A DNA stretch of 56,009 nt, counting the filler, from Sphacelaria rigidula (taxonomy: Eukaryota): the NCBI GenBank assembly GCA_964200075.2. It is 5 parts of 5 records of this genome, joined end to end, with 100 filler letters (N's around TTAATTAATTAA, not from the genome) between each part and the next. Parts side by side here need not be neighbours in the genome. Positions count along the whole stretch, not along the records: positions 22,446 to 33,567 come from CAXNAA020005357.1; positions 33,668 to 44,788 come from CAXNAA020005358.1; 3 more parts are not named here. One strand, 5' to 3'. Position 1 is the stretch's first letter, and each line of letters starts with the position of its first letter. A program made the translations under genes and the position numbers. The notes under the pieces are model-generated. The model saw nothing but the letters and a program-made list of their open reading frames with translations, was not told the origin of the DNA and did no database searches. Shown piece by piece: positions 22,531 to 35,890 of the stretch.

Positions 22531-25500
22531 GCGCCTTCCAAAGAGTACTCCCGCTCTAGAATGTGCAGTACGCTGTGTGACCAATGCTGTGATACGTACT
22601 GACAGCCCTCCTTCGCCACTGGGACGGCTGTGAGCGTACTACGCTGATTGTGCTGTAGACCCTATCTGGACGAATTATGGAGTGTATCAACTGCGAAAAT
22701 ATAAAACAAGATTTTCGCCAGGTGTCTGACTGTGGCGACCATTGGCGGCTTTGTTCCAGCAACAACCACGTAGAGCTTGAATTAAACGGGCAGTAAAGAA
22801 GCAGGTATCACGCGAAAACACGGAATACACAGCACACACTCTCCAACAGTGCAGCACGCGGCCATGCCGGGTATGGAGGGAAGAAATAGTCTGCGATCGA
22901 ATCGCACCGTTGCAGGTTATGTACGACTACCTCTCACTCGGTCAATCAAGCACTTGTACCAGGGTGTCGTATGTCGGACACGCCAACAGTTTATCTCCTC
23001 CGTACATATGGATACTCAAGATATGGCTTCGCAGGTGTCACAAGTACCCACTCCGGCGGCACTTTTGCAAAGTCCTGGACTCGCCCTTGCAAACGTGTTT
23101 CCCCCAGAGTTATCATGACCGTGGATGACGCTGGTAGGGTCTTCATGGGTCGTTCAGCCGGAAGTTAGAGTGACGACGTTGTACTTGGGTTTTTGCATGG
23201 GCGTACAGGCCAGGGTATACCCTGCTGGGGTGTACCTTGGCAGGGTGAGACTTGCTGAAACCCTGTTTTCACCACCCCGTCAAGGTCTCAAGGGTCCTGC
23301 GACATTGTCGATGTCGTATTTCTCATTCCTGTGTTGAACAGGGGTTTCGTCGCTATACGAAATAGAGCACCGTATACTCGATGTTTAATAAGTGCGGTGT
23401 AGATGAACGCGTTCTGGGAGACCACTGAAAACTTTAGTCAGTGCTGCACATAATTCCTGTCAGTACTCTTGATGTTGGCATCCAAGTACGAAGTATGTGA
23501 CTGAGGTGGGAGCCGGAGTGATCAACATGAGACCCTCGTTTGAACGTGTTGAGCGTTGCGGGGGTGCGCGGGCCTAATGCCGGATTTCTTCGTGCAAGAT
23601 GAACAGGCTGCGCTTTGGTGAAAACCTCCCCCGTAAGATGCCATTGAGGAGATTATAAGTATGTAACATACATTATCAAGCATCATGCACTCGCTGATGA
23701 ACGATTTTATCGTTCCGGCAACCTGCAAGTCATACCCATCCGGTTTGTCGTGTTTAGTGGCTGGTTGTTGTGCAGAGTGTGCAGCTGATTAAATCACCGA
23801 GTCAGTCCACGTGTGAGTGTATTCCAAGACTCCTACTGTGAAATGACTGGCTATCAATTTTCACACATCATTCGACCGAACCCACACGTGTGATAGCCTA
23901 CACAACGCATCCCGCGCTGTTCACGTTTTGAAACGACCCAGGTTATGGTGGGGCTGATAGCGGTTACACACAGAGGGCGCAGGGGTGCGTCCCTGTACAC
24001 ACCGCATCTCGCACAGATCACATGTTCTGGATCCGTGTGGCAGATACTTTTATTGTTTAATAGCGAGTTACAAGTCGTGTGTGTCGATCACGTAGAGGAT
24101 AGGTTAAGAACTTTGATGAGACAACCAAGTGCAGCTATCCATCCACACCGAAATTGTGGTAGATCAGGCATGACCGACGGACGTCATCGTAATGTCTTCG
24201 CATTGATTGATCGTGGCTCTAGGTGAGGACCGCAGCCGACATTGCATGGGGTCGGCAAGCGACACGAAACCATACTTATTGGAGGATTGAGGCGGGAAAT
24301 GGTTCCGAAATGGTCAAGGTGAAGAAGTACGACAAAATAAGCAAATTGCACAATGCCAGAGAGACCATAGTTAACATCTAGCTTGGGGTAGCGTCCATTA
24401 CAAGCTAACGTCTCGACGTTTTCCAAATCCGTCGTAGTCAACGCACGCTCATCATGCACACTCTACCCGTTGGTGGCGCGGCGTCCGTCACATGGTGCCT
24501 CTCTTGGGAGTCTATACGAAACGTGGGGGAGCTCGAGTATAGCCAGCGATCGTCGATCGTTGTTGATAATGACTCGATGACTCGAAGCATGTCACTGATT
24601 ACCAGCAAACACTTCATCGCTTGTGTGGGGTGCATTGGCGAATTGTAGTGATTCAGGTCAAGGCGGACAAACGCGAAGGGAATGGCTCTCGATTTGAAAA
24701 CGAAAGATGATATGATTCTGACGGAGTAAAACTTGTTGATAGTTTGAGCGCGATAGTAACCCTTCGCGTGGCCCAAAACAGAAACAAACACAACCGAACT
24801 CACACACATGTATCAACTGTATTGTTCAGACTCCTAGGCTCTGAATTCATCGTGTTAGGATAGTGGATAGTGTGTACAGAGATGAAGTCGTTCCGATGTC
24901 TATTCCCCAAGGTAACTATTTTGATGAGGTAAATAGCAAATGCTGGGTGCTCCACACTGTTTTACCACACTGGATGGACAATACTTGCAGGTTACCTAGA
25001 TATTCTCCTGTTGCAATCTTAGATGTAAAGGAAACGGTGCTAGGTTTCCTCTCAAGAAGTTCACGTACTACGTCTCATTCTAATGACGTCATCAATGACA
25101 CTTTGCCCACCTGCACCAAATTTGTAGTGTACTTGAACTGCGCATACCACCGTGCTGTAAATTGACAGTGTGCCTGCCTGTCTGTCTGTCCGCACTGTGT
25201 TGTAGGGCGCTCTATATTATAGAGGTGAGTGCATAGGGGCAAAAGTATGACTCGGATGTTTCCTTCCTTCGGTTTTCCATTTGTCTGTACTACGCAAATA
25301 CTAACACGTTTCTCTCCCATCATGCCGTGCTCTCCAAGGGAGTTGTCCAAGGAGTTTTTGCACAATTACATGCACGACACCTGAACGGCATATGCTCGAT
25401 ACATGCATACATCTATCAGCCATATATACATGCGGAGCCGTGATGCTTCGGGACCCGAGTGATCGAAATGCTTGCATGTCATTGACCAAAGAGGACACCA

Positions 25501-26405
25501 TGACATGCACACGATCAGCGCTGCATCGCCGCGCTCCATACCCTGATAGCCAGTGTTTGCATACACTGGGCATTTACGGCGACGTTAGAAGCTGTTCGCC
25601 TTTTCCAGTTTGGTATCATTGCTAACTAGTTGGTTTGAATGTGATGCCGCGCTTGATTGCAAGTGATTTCATCAAGTTATGGATGACCAAAAGTTGAGAT
25701 ATACTCCGGAAGGGTTGAGTCCGATATTCCAGTCTAAGGATTCCCTTGATCCCAGCTGTATTTATATCTCAGGTTGTTGACAAAGTAGAGAAAAATATTT
25801 TCCAGAAGTGGCTGATCGCAGCCATTCCTTAGGTCAGTGAATCACAAGTAGAGCCTCACGTGAAAATACATGGGCAAATTGTCAATTTGCCCTTCACCAC
25901 ATGTCAAGAGCTATTTCTACGGGATTTTCGTATGGGACCGAACTACTACCGCACACTGGTTTACAGTATTTCTGTATCCACTGCCCCCACGTACGCTTGT
26001 GCTATTGCCGAAACCTAAGTGGACGCGGTATCTCCAAGGGACACCCAGCACTGTCGCCCACATGAACTGTCGTGCATTCATCATATGCTGTGGGCTGCTG
26101 AACCGGCGCAATTTGAACACTGACGAGCGAGTAGCTGTCAGATTCCTCGATTCTTTCTCAAGGCGAGCGGACATTTATACAAAACTAGCAGCGAATGGGG
26201 GAAAATGTCATGGAGAACCTACGTCTTTCACAACAACGAACGCTGGAGGCGCAACAGAAGTGCTAACTACGGCCGCCCGCAGAACAAAAATTACTCCATC
26301 GAATGGAATAAAACTAACTAACCCCCCCGTGCGCGCGCCTCCCCTGCACTTCCGCTACCGCCGCTGCTCCTGCCCACTGTCGTTCCTTCCGGCAAAGAAG
26401 GAACT

Positions 26406-26764
26406 TTACTCTCCTCCCCCACCAATATATGCAATCGTTACTGTCGGCGGCACGTGTCGTCCACCGCCCCCCAGTGTTGCCAACGCCACACCCGGCTTAC
26501 TAATACTACCAATCGTCCCAGGACGATGGTTGCTATTGTTGTGATTTCCTCCCACCTGAGCGGTGTTGCTAGCCCCTCCCCCACTACTATTATTATTATT
26601 CCTGCCGTTACTGGTGGTTGCGCGCCCACCGTCCCGACTAGGAACTCCTCCGCGCTGCTGCTGCTGCTGCTGCTGGTCGTCGTCCCCGACCGGAACGCTC
26701 AAGAAGCTCATGGACGTGAGTTTTAGCGGTCGTTTCACGCCTACAGGCGAGGAGTGCATCGAAC
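26406..26764 (-). CDS. LRRC9: LRRC9-like probable terminal exon (polyQ/N/G)
   Basis: cag|GT SMHSSPVGVKRPLKL..QQQQQQQ..NNNN..GGGGE*. Confidence 0.65.
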
Positions 26765-29700
26765 CTGTACGAGGCACAGACATTGTATACGTGAAGACGA
26801 AAGCGGGCCGAGTGTATCTTCGCGAGACTGTGTGATGCTAGTGAATGGACGCCGCAAAACCGTGATATACGAATAAATAGGGTCAACAAGCTGGAGCACA
26901 TAGTCCTACATTTTGTCTTGGCAAACTGTTAACCGCCTCGCTTCCTCGGGACGAGTCCATGGCGTCAAGATATCAAACCGTCTTTGCAGGGCGCTACACT
27001 ACCTGTCAGCTACAGGACAGGAATGCTGGCTCTGCCCATCAAGGACCTTGTTCGTTGCGAAAGACACAACATACAAGTCCGTTGTGCAGAAATAGCAGTC
27101 CCTCACCTCCTGTGCTCAGCCGTCGAGCAGGGTTCGCATGCCCTCGACTATTGTGATGATGCTGCCCGCCTATTGCCACCGCGCCAGTGTCCCCCCCCGT
27201 CGCGCCAATTCCGCACGTGTGAGGGAAGGCTACTTTTTTGCAGTCGACCAATGTGGACTTCGCGTGCGCATGGCCTCTGCTACTGTGATGATGCTGTCCG
27301 CCTATCGTCACGGCGTTGTTGTTCCCCCCCGGTGCGCTACTTCCGTCATCGCCAGGCGCGAGCTGCATGCCAGGGGAAACAGGACTAGTTTTGCCGATTT
27401 TGAGGTTCATAGTTGGGATTGCAGTGTTGTTGTTGTTGTTGCTGTTCGTCTTATTTTCGCCTCCCCCCGACGGTCCGTTCTGCCCGCCTTTGTGTGCGAC
27501 TCCCCGATGATCGCTGGATGATGACCCTCCTCCACTGCTACGTTCGAGGACAGCAAGAGGCCAACTACTTGGCATGAGGAGTGTGGTGTCATTATATTCA
27601 AAGATGGCCTCACTTCAAATTCCACACCATGTTTCCAAACTGCCAATAATTTGTTTTTTGCACCATGATAACAACCGCCAGTGGTTGACGGTCGAACACA
27701 GTACGTTGCGGTTTGCAGTTGGACACAGCCGATGCTAGACCGCAATGAAACTATGACTCTGATAGGATGCTTACCGTGAAGAATCCGAAGTTGCTACGTT
27801 GGCATAAGGGAGGCCGTCTTGAGGTCTGAAGGGACTAAACGCACTGCTAGCTGCCCCCGCGGGGTACCTGGCCGGTAAACAAGGCACACGGGCGAGATTG
27901 ACGATGGCGTTGGGCAGCAGTGTAGGTTAAATCACAATTCATAGGGAGGATGCAAATAGTGTAGTGAAAATCACACGTGGGCTGCCACAGAAAACGACCT
28001 ATCGCACTGTGTCTCGGTGTTCCGTGGACGACACAACCTACGCAAGATGTGCCAGGTATATACTTCGTATATGAACATTTTGTTATTCTCTAAAACGTAT
28101 GGCTGTATCAACGTCAAATGTCGCGCAGTCGAGATTCTTGCACCCCAAGCGCCCCACTTCGTAACTCGCACGAGATAGTCAGCCGCCATCTCGCCTTCCA
28201 AAGCGTACAGCACACCTTTCAACAGCGCCCTACAATGGATCTTCAATGTCAACCTTAATGCCTATTGTCATCCGCACAATCTCGTTCAACAATGTACACC
28301 GAACAACACGACCATCCTCTGCAATACGCACGTTTGGCCAAAACACGAAGAGAAAATATATGCTGCTCGGAACACCATCAGAACAGCACCATTACCATCA
28401 CCCCACCCTCTCCCCGCTGCTCCCGAATCGCGCGCCCCAAGATATTTCTCACCCTCCACTCCCGCCTCCCTGTGTCGCCACTGGAGACGCCCGGGTTATG
28501 CTTCCTACACTTCCGATCGCCAAATAGTCTCGACGAGTTGCTCCTGCCCCCCCTCCTCCCCCGCTACCCCCGATTCCGCCGCCGCCCGCCACTCCCACCC
28601 CGACCCCTCCCCCGGCCCCGCCCCCCCCGCCGCCACCGCTGCCACCCATACCGCCGATGCCGGGCACGGCCGGGACCCATCCCCCGCGCGCACTGGAGTT
28701 GGCATGTATGCCTGTGCTTGAGCTACCTCCAGCTACTGTCTTTGCCAAGCGTTGTTCTTCTAGCGTTACATCCGTCGAATCTATCGCTGCCAAGGACGGA
28801 AACAAGGCCAGAAGAGATAACCTGCTGTACGGTCTTCTGTAACATTTTCGCAAGACCGGCGAGGGTAGCGGGAAGAGGGAAGCGGAACGCGGGAGGCGGC
28901 AGAGGTGGTGGCAGAAATAATAAGCATGTGTGCTTAAGATGACGAAACAGTGGTCTCGTCTTCATGTGTGTGTGTGAATGATCAGGCCGGCGCTTCGAGG
29001 TATGCAGTCTCGCTTAGGAGGGAGAACCCAGCTATACGGGAAAAGCCGTTTCGGACTAAATGCTGTGAAGAAAATTTGCAGATGGCAAGACCTCTACGAA
29101 GTTGTTTTCTGATGGCACGTTGTCCTGTCGCGGTGCCCCGGAGATCGAACTAATACACCAGGACTAATTTTGGCGGATTATGTGGGTTCGAATCCTGGCA
29201 GTAAAGGCCTACTTTCAATTGAAGCTCATGCTGCCCGAAAACGTAAGAACGAGAGGTTGCAAAATAACTAGCTCTATCCTCAGTGAACAACCACGCGAAA
29301 TTGACCACTGCGGTCATTGTGCACGCCAGAAGCACCTTCCAGCGAATGATCACATTGCGACTATTACTACCAAACCAACGTCCGCGAAGAACACCCTGTC
29401 GCATTACTGTTTAGTAGTTCCATACAAGTTTCTCCCACTACGATCAACTTGCCCCGCAGAAAAGTGCCGCGGTTCATGTCGACGTTTGATTATCGCAGAG
29501 AGCTACCGCGTTCATATGTCACGCCCAACTGGAGTTTGGAGATTGAGGCCACGCGAACTTATTTCCCGCAGGTTTGATCCTTGTCATGTATTTTCTTCTT
29601 GTATTCCGCAACAGTTTTGGACATGTTGATATTTTCCCGATTTCGATTCTTGCGAGGGAAAGCACCCAGGAAAAACCGAAGAATAATTTCAAGAGATTCG

Positions 29701-32700
29701 ACGCGATGCGGTAGTGCTGAAAGTCATCATCCACTGGTCGACACCAACATGCAAGTCAAGTACAGGGTTACAGACGGGTTGATCTCGTCGGACTACGGAT
29801 TCCTCCCTATGAACGGAGGGAGGGTTAAATAAAGCACGGCACGCAAACGATTCAAATCCCAAACGAGAGGGGAACAGGGGGGAAATGGGGTGTACTCATG
29901 ATCGGGGGGAGGGAGGGAGGGGGGAGGGGGGGGGGGGTATTTCACGTACAACAAAAGGAAACAAAAACTCACCAAGAAAAATCACATGGGAAAACTGACG
30001 GGGGCGCAAGGAAACGGGAAAGTACAGGACGCACACGATGGGCACCAAAATAAGACTAAACTTCAGTGACAATCTTCAATCTTCTGTTATTTTTCCTCGC
30101 CTGGCCATAGGATTCCCACCGAGACTGAGCTCCATGAGATTTGGCAGTGCCCCCAAACGGTCTATCTCAGCGGGGTCTGACAAACGGTTCTGGGCAAGAC
30201 TCAGACTGAGCAGCGCAGGGGTGGAGGCTCCCAAGCCGGCAGATAGGGTCCTGAGTCCGTTGTCTTCTAGGCGAAGCTTTCTGAGGCTTCCTAGACCGTG
30301 AAGCGCATTTGGTGGACCCAACTGACGGATCTTGTTCCCGTCTAGGTTGACTTCGACGAGGGTGCGGCAGCGATTCAAGCCCGCTACGTTACAAATTGCG
30401 TTGCCCTGCACATAGTGTAGTATAGGCAAACGTGTAGTTATTGGCGTATTGATTGCAACACAGATACGCCCCCGCCTTGAAGAAACAGTCAGGTGATTGA
30501 TCACGTGTCGAGGGTCGGACACGTCAACATATTCGGCCTAAGAAATGGAACTTAAACGTAATCACAGGAAAAGATACAGCCAAATCCTCGCCACAATAAA
30601 AAAAGAGAGAAGGCAATGACCGCTACACCGCCAAGCTTGATGGCTTTTTTATGGGTGGCACCACTGGCCTGTATGCATTCTGCGTCATGCTGTGTCATGG
30701 TAAATACACACTCCAAACTTGTTCACCGTTCAGTCGTGCATTGTGCTCGAACCAATCAGCGAAGCTGTGGATCCCACATTACTTTCGAGTATTTCCATCA
30801 TGTGCAGGAAAACAGCACAGCGTGGCATAATTTTCATGTACGAAGCGTTCACGAACGCGAAGATCCTTGGCACCGTAGCCGCGAGTGAAAATTGCCATAA
30901 AAGTATCCCCCTTCACCAGTGACTGCGAGTAGTACGTGGATATTCCTTTCATGAACATACGATGCATGTCTGAACAAGAACCCGACTTCAGCTCGAAACG
31001 AACCCCGTCACCGTGGTTTGTAAAAAACAACAAGGGGCGGAAGAGGTGGTGTGTGAAGGTTCGAGATGTGTCTACAGTATAGCAGAATAGCGTCGCGGAG
31101 AGCAACGAGTATTTGCGCTGATGTCAGGGACTGGTGAATGGTGCTGTAGTGGTGTGAGCCAACAACCTCGTCCAGAAACCTTGGTGACTAATAATGCACT
31201 GTACCGAATGGCTGCGCTGCTAGTAATCCAAAGTCCATTTACGAACTGTGGTACAGTAGCCATTCACTGGTGGAGCGAGCTACCACAGATCAAAACCGAT
31301 CAGCTGGAAAACGCGCACACAGCATTATGCATAGTTCGAATCACGTCCCTTGCAGCTTGAGCGCCTTGATACGCCTCCTTCCTAGGCGTGCAAGGCAGTT
31401 AAAACCACAGCCACGGCCTTCATATGAAGCAATGTCTGTTCGAACTTCTAATCGTACGTGAATAGCACCCCCTTTCAATCGAATTCCGACAGAATATCAA
31501 AATTACCAGTTAATCAGCAAAATTCACGACATACCCGATGAAGAAGATAAGCTTGCTGATTAGCGGGTGAAGCTGTCGTGCTTTCCAAGGTTTTCATCAC
31601 GAGGTATTTGTTTCACCTCTATGGTTTGGCAAACTCTCGAAACACGTCATCCTCCAGAGTATACCATTGATTCTCGGCGCACAACTTGTTTTCTCTCCAA
31701 GCATCGGCAAACTTTCCTCACAGCAATCGTGCGTGGACCCCCCCTCCCTCCCCCTCCCGAGAGCTGCGAGACCGGAAAGCATCGATAAGGACATTGTGAG
31801 TTGCCATCGTGATCTGCATCCTCGACGCTATCTATCGAGATGGATCACCTGGAGATCCACTGCCAGCAAGCGAGGCATGCGTTCCAAGCACAGCGCCGAA
31901 ATATCCGTTATTCGGTTGAATCCGAGATAGAGCACCTGTAATGTAAAGCGTTGATGTAAACCAAACATGCGAAGTCTTTCGTACGTCGGTGGACTGCTGG
32001 GACAGAGTGGGGATGGGGGGGGAAGGGGGACGTCTTAGCCAAACGGACTGGAGCTGGATCGGTGCGCGCGACACAGTTGACGGAATTAATCAACATCAGT
32101 GACAGTATTTTGTATGTCTTTAAATGAATCTTGACCGCTCACGCGATCGTTCCAACCTGCACATTAGTGTTGCGAAATCTGTGAAATAACGTTCCATTAG
32201 ATTCGACGCCAAAATCACAACCTCTGGAAATGCTGTGAGCAACGTATTTACACCTTAGCTGTCGTAGATCGCTCATCTATAACTAGAACTACTATTACAA
32301 TAACTACTCCTTGTGGAGACTGTGAGTTTTGACGCAGGGAAGTCCTCCGACGTGATCACAGCCAATACTCACACGCCGACCGTAAGTGTAGCCTTACGTA
32401 GCTGCTAAGATATGCTGAGATGTGAACGGCCGAGTACATGCTGCCGGTATGACCGTGTTACGACCTTGCTGCCAGTCTAGGTGTACAGTACCCTCTCACC
32501 CCGCTGAAAGCCAGTACAACATCCTTGCAGATGATGGGCTACTATAATACTGATAGCAGTACGTACGCACCCGCCGCGACCACTCGAGGGCAAGTTAGTC
32601 ACATTGCTTTCCATGGATGTTCCATGGATATTCCATGGATGCCACAACTGCGTCGGACTGATTCACTTATCACAAAACTTGAATATTGCTTACTTCAGGG

Positions 32701-33150
32701 CGAAGGTACACCGGCAGAACTTGAACTCAGCAGGAAATAGCATTCAACAGTTGTGCTCCAGGTGAGAAATGGTAGTGTTACCCAGTGCGTCGAGATGGAG
32801 AATTATTTGCACTTCGAGCCATCTGCGCCGAAGGCAAGATGGATGTAAAGTATCAGTCATCACACAGACTTTTTCCTGGCTTCCTTCAATAAGCTTATGT
32901 GGTGCCGAGACACACCATACACCATACACCGTACACCATTCGCACGTACGCCGAGCTCTCCACCTCTCCAAGTCTAGTGTTCGAGTGCACGCCACTTACG
33001 GCGAATATTCTCGTTTCCCGCGCATGGTGTTTTTGGTGTTATATGACGACTCACTTCCAGTCGAACGAAGATGCCAGGGCCGCTCTTGTCGTTGTTGACT
33101 TCGTCCGTTGCAGTACAGTCTGGTAATGCGTCATTCTCCAGCTCCCCGAT
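26406..33150 (-). CDS. LRRC9: Leucine-rich repeat protein, LRRC9-like C-terminal half (5' truncated by contig end)
   Basis: Phase-consistent exons 33150-33055, 31935-31849, 30405-30101, 28836-28453, 27564-27107, 26764-26406. RLEVLYLGFNRITDISALCLERMPRLLAVDLQGNAICNVAGL..LEDNGLRTL..LGGNPMARRPYSRLSLLALFPSLAAIDSTDVT follows the SDS22-like LRR plus LRRcap run I recall from the LRRC9 C-terminus. Orthology needs a reciprocal search. Confidence 0.8.
27107..27564 (-). CDS. LRRC9: LRRC9-like exon (low-complexity tail)
   Basis: tag|T WPLAVLER...RRLSTG G|gtgagg; phases match both neighbours. Confidence 0.7.
28453..28836 (-). CDS. LRRC9: LRRC9-like exon (LRRcap plus Gly-rich tract)
   Basis: cag|A RPYSRLSLLALFPSLAAIDSTDVTLEEQRLAK...GG|gtgaga. 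Confidence 0.85.
30101..30405 (-). CDS. LRRC9: LRRC9-like exon (four LRRs), GC donor
   Basis: cag|GNAICNVAGLNRCRTLVEVNLDGNKIRQL...LSLGGNPMA AG|gcgagg. Confidence 0.9.
31849..31935 (-). CDS. LRRC9: LRRC9-like exon (LRR)
   Basis: cag|VLYLGFNRITDISALCLERMPRLLAVDLQ|gtgat. Confidence 0.88.
33055..33150 (-). CDS. LRRC9: LRRC9-like exon
   Basis: cag|IGELENDALPDCTATDEVNNDKSGPGIFVRLE|gtgagt. Confidence 0.75.
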
Positions 33151-33503
33151 CTGCCAACCGTATCATGTATACCGCGCCGAAAGAAGATGAAGGCGACAAA
33201 CCACGGAGAAAATTGTCAATATCGGTCAAAACAACGCTACGAATACACACGGCCCAGACTTTTCTTCAACGGTGCGCGCATCCATTTTAGACTGCCATCG
33301 CCCTTTTGTACTCGATATGAGTACAACATGTCGGACGGAGGACACATAGAGTAATGTAAGCCATGAGCGTCAACGACGAAAAAGTAACGTCCAACGTTGT
33401 TGGCAAGCAAGGAGCAAGGAACAAACTCTCGGGAACGCAAAATATTGGCCCATGAGCCAAGGAGGCTTTCAAGATTAACTGTGTACATATAGTGTGCCGC
33501 CGC

Positions 33504-33567
33504 GCCCCGGTGGTGTAATGGTCCGACTGTCGCCATTAGGGTGGGGAGAACGGGGATTCGATTCCCG
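33504..33567 (+). mobile_element. tRNA-like SINE head or tRNA pseudogene, cut by the contig end
   Basis: A-box TGGTGTAATGG (33511-33521) and T-arm CGGGGATTCGATTCCCG; no convincing anticodon stem. Confidence 0.6.
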
Positions 33568-33667
33568 NNNNNNNNNNNNNNNNNNNNNNNNNNNNNNNNN
33601 NNNNNNNNNNNTTAATTAATTAANNNNNNNNNNNNNNNNNNNNNNNNNNNNNNNNNNNNNNNNNNNN
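33568..33667. other. Artificial contig linker
   Basis: N44-TTAATTAATTAA-N44. Confidence 0.98.
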
Positions 33668-34046
33668 GGCGGTATGGTTTGTGAGACAGCGCACAAAGCA
33701 TTTTTACGCCTGGGGGCGCATTTCGGAACTGTAACTGTTTCAGGCACTAATCTTTTTTTCCTGAAAGAGGGGATATTTTGTTGCAATGGACTGACTTGGT
33801 CGTTGCGATCAAGTGATGTGTCAAACTGATCGCGCAGGTGACAACTTTCATCGAAGCCACCGTTTCACCAGCTGGGCGCATTACTCCTCGAACTGTAGCG
33901 GTGTCAAAATTGACGGGAAAGTCAATTGTTTCGGTTCTCACCCTGAATCCGATGTTACGCTCTGAATCTCACGAATATAGTGTTGACTGTAGCGTGTGAA
34001 TGCCGCAGGTGGGACGAATCCTTTTCAAACCGACGCGTATTCCTTT

Positions 34047-34140
34047 ACGCTAGTTGTACAAGTGCTAAAGCCATGACGTCGGGAAAATGCGGGTTCGATT
34101 CCCGACAGATTCATCCGCGTTTTCTTGTAGTTTTTCTCGT
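34047..34140 (+). repeat. Degenerate tRNA-derived SINE head
   Basis: B-box GGGTTCGATTCCC near 34091 followed by T-rich sequence. Confidence 0.4.
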
Positions 34141-35214
34141 ATCCGTTCTTGAGAAGTTGAGGATTGAGAGTATAATATGCTGTTGTAGTGAACCAGTTTT
34201 TCTCAGGAGGCTCGAAGCGGTGCGTGAGTGTTGATCCAGCCCGCAGCACCTACATGAAAAGCGTGTGCCGGCGGAGAGATGGGTTGATACATTGAAACTA
34301 CGGACTCGTTCCGAGGAGGAGGGAGGGTTTAAACGGCACCGAGAAAAACGAATCCGCCATTTAGCCTAGCGTCCGGGAGCAGGCGTCACAACGAACGGAC
34401 GAAATATTACTATTTGCTGCTGGCTGAACTTTCCCGCCAAACAATGCGACTGAAGGGTATCAGAGTTACAACCTGCTTACACGGCCTCACCTGTTGTTTT
34501 ACCTCCTGTCTGGCGGGGGGCTGTCGCTGTTCCTCTCGAGATCATTCTCGTTCCGACGTCTCCGTGATTTCCATTCCGGCGCTTCCTTGTTTTCTTGCTC
34601 TTTCTGTTTCCCTCACCCGTGTAGTACTTTATCGAGTGAGTGCTTCAGCTGTTCCTGTTTTATTTTTGTTGTGAACATGTGTGAGCCTGGCAAGCCGAGA
34701 ACTCGGGAATTTGCCATCATCCCACGCGCGGCCCATTTCCTCGGGCTGGGATCTGAAATTTGGACATGCGATATGCAAGCTACTCGCCGACACATTTCGA
34801 TAGTCTTCAGTGACTGGTTGGTACATGGATCGATGGATGGAGGGATTGATTACAGCACATGAACTAATCCTGGAAATATCTTGTCGTGGTGACACGATTG
34901 ACGACCCAGAGCGAACAAAACGCTGACGAAACACAGGGTTGTTCAGAATTCCGTTGCGAGTGTCTTGTGGATCACGGTTCACGGTAGCAAGTCCCAACTT
35001 GAAATTTTGTGCTATGAATACCACGCGCAGTGCGGTGTTGAAAAACGTTTGCACCAAAATCGCTCTGTGTACAGTCTTACACAAAATATTGGGCTTCGGT
35101 CGAAACGTTCGGATGACGATGAGCCATGGAATGGATGAGACGTGTACCGCTTGTCCTCACGCTTGAAAAAAAGTTTGCCCAGCAAGCTTGAGCTATCCCA
35201 GGGTTGTGGTTTGA

Positions 35215-35560
35215 TGATAATTATTGGTTGATACATCGTCAGACATTGATTCATCTCCGAGGAATCCAGCTGTGGTCACCACGTGGACGTATCCGACGTA
35301 AATGGAATGAAACACCGCTAAAGGAAACTATTCAAGGACGAAGGCGAAGAAATGTATAGGCAAAAAAATGAGGGGTGGGGGGGAGGGGGGGGGCACATGA
35401 CGATCCCCAAACGTAAAATAAAACGATAGCAAGGATTATGAAAGAAGACACAAATAAAAAGAGGAAACAATGAACAAGCAGCGAAAAGCCAGCTCCTGCA
35501 ACGGGGCTTCAGGTCAAGGAGATCGTGCGAGAAACAAAAGGAGAAGAATGTCGAATCAGC
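35215..35560 (-). mobile_element. Non-LTR retroposon 3' end (GTGACCAC family), minus strand
   Basis: Reverse GTGACCACAGCTGGATTCC at 35279-35261, with a T-rich tract upstream on the minus strand. Confidence 0.55.
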
Positions 35561-35675
35561 TACATGGGAACCACACATCTTGGGTCTGAACTGCCACCCA
35601 CGACTGCTACCGGGGCGCGACCCGAACATCGCTGCTGTATAGTGAAAAGACAAAACCCAATGAAGAGAGAGGGGG

Positions 35676-35890
35676 GTAATGCGTGAGAGGACCGCGTGCT
35701 TAGAGGACCGCGTCGTATTTCGAACGTCCCTAGGGTTAGGGTTAGGATTAGGGTTAGGGTTAGTAATAGGGTTATGGTCAGGGGCGTGGTACCTGCAGGG
35801 ACTGACCCGATTGGTCTCGAAAAATATCGATCCTGAGGTGTTTTGAATTACGGCGCGATCCTTGAAGCACGCGGTCCTCTCAAGCATTAC
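35676..35890 (+). mobile_element. Telomere-repeat-bearing MITE, copy 3 (6-bp AGGGGG flanking duplication)
   Basis: TIR gtaatgcgtgagaggaccgcgtgctt / aagcacgcggtcctctcaagcattac; about five TTAGGG-like units; aggggg on both sides. Confidence 0.9.

Noticed and set aside
22850-25700. Additional gene in the first part of contig 3
   Set aside because: I could not assemble phase-consistent exons or recognise a domain; a gene is not excluded.
33504-33567. Functional tRNA gene
   Set aside because: It has no clean anticodon stem, an altered B-box and is truncated at the contig end; a SINE head is more likely.
34939-35166. piggyBac Cys-rich C-terminal domain
   Set aside because: Cys spacing is not convincing and no transposase core is nearby.
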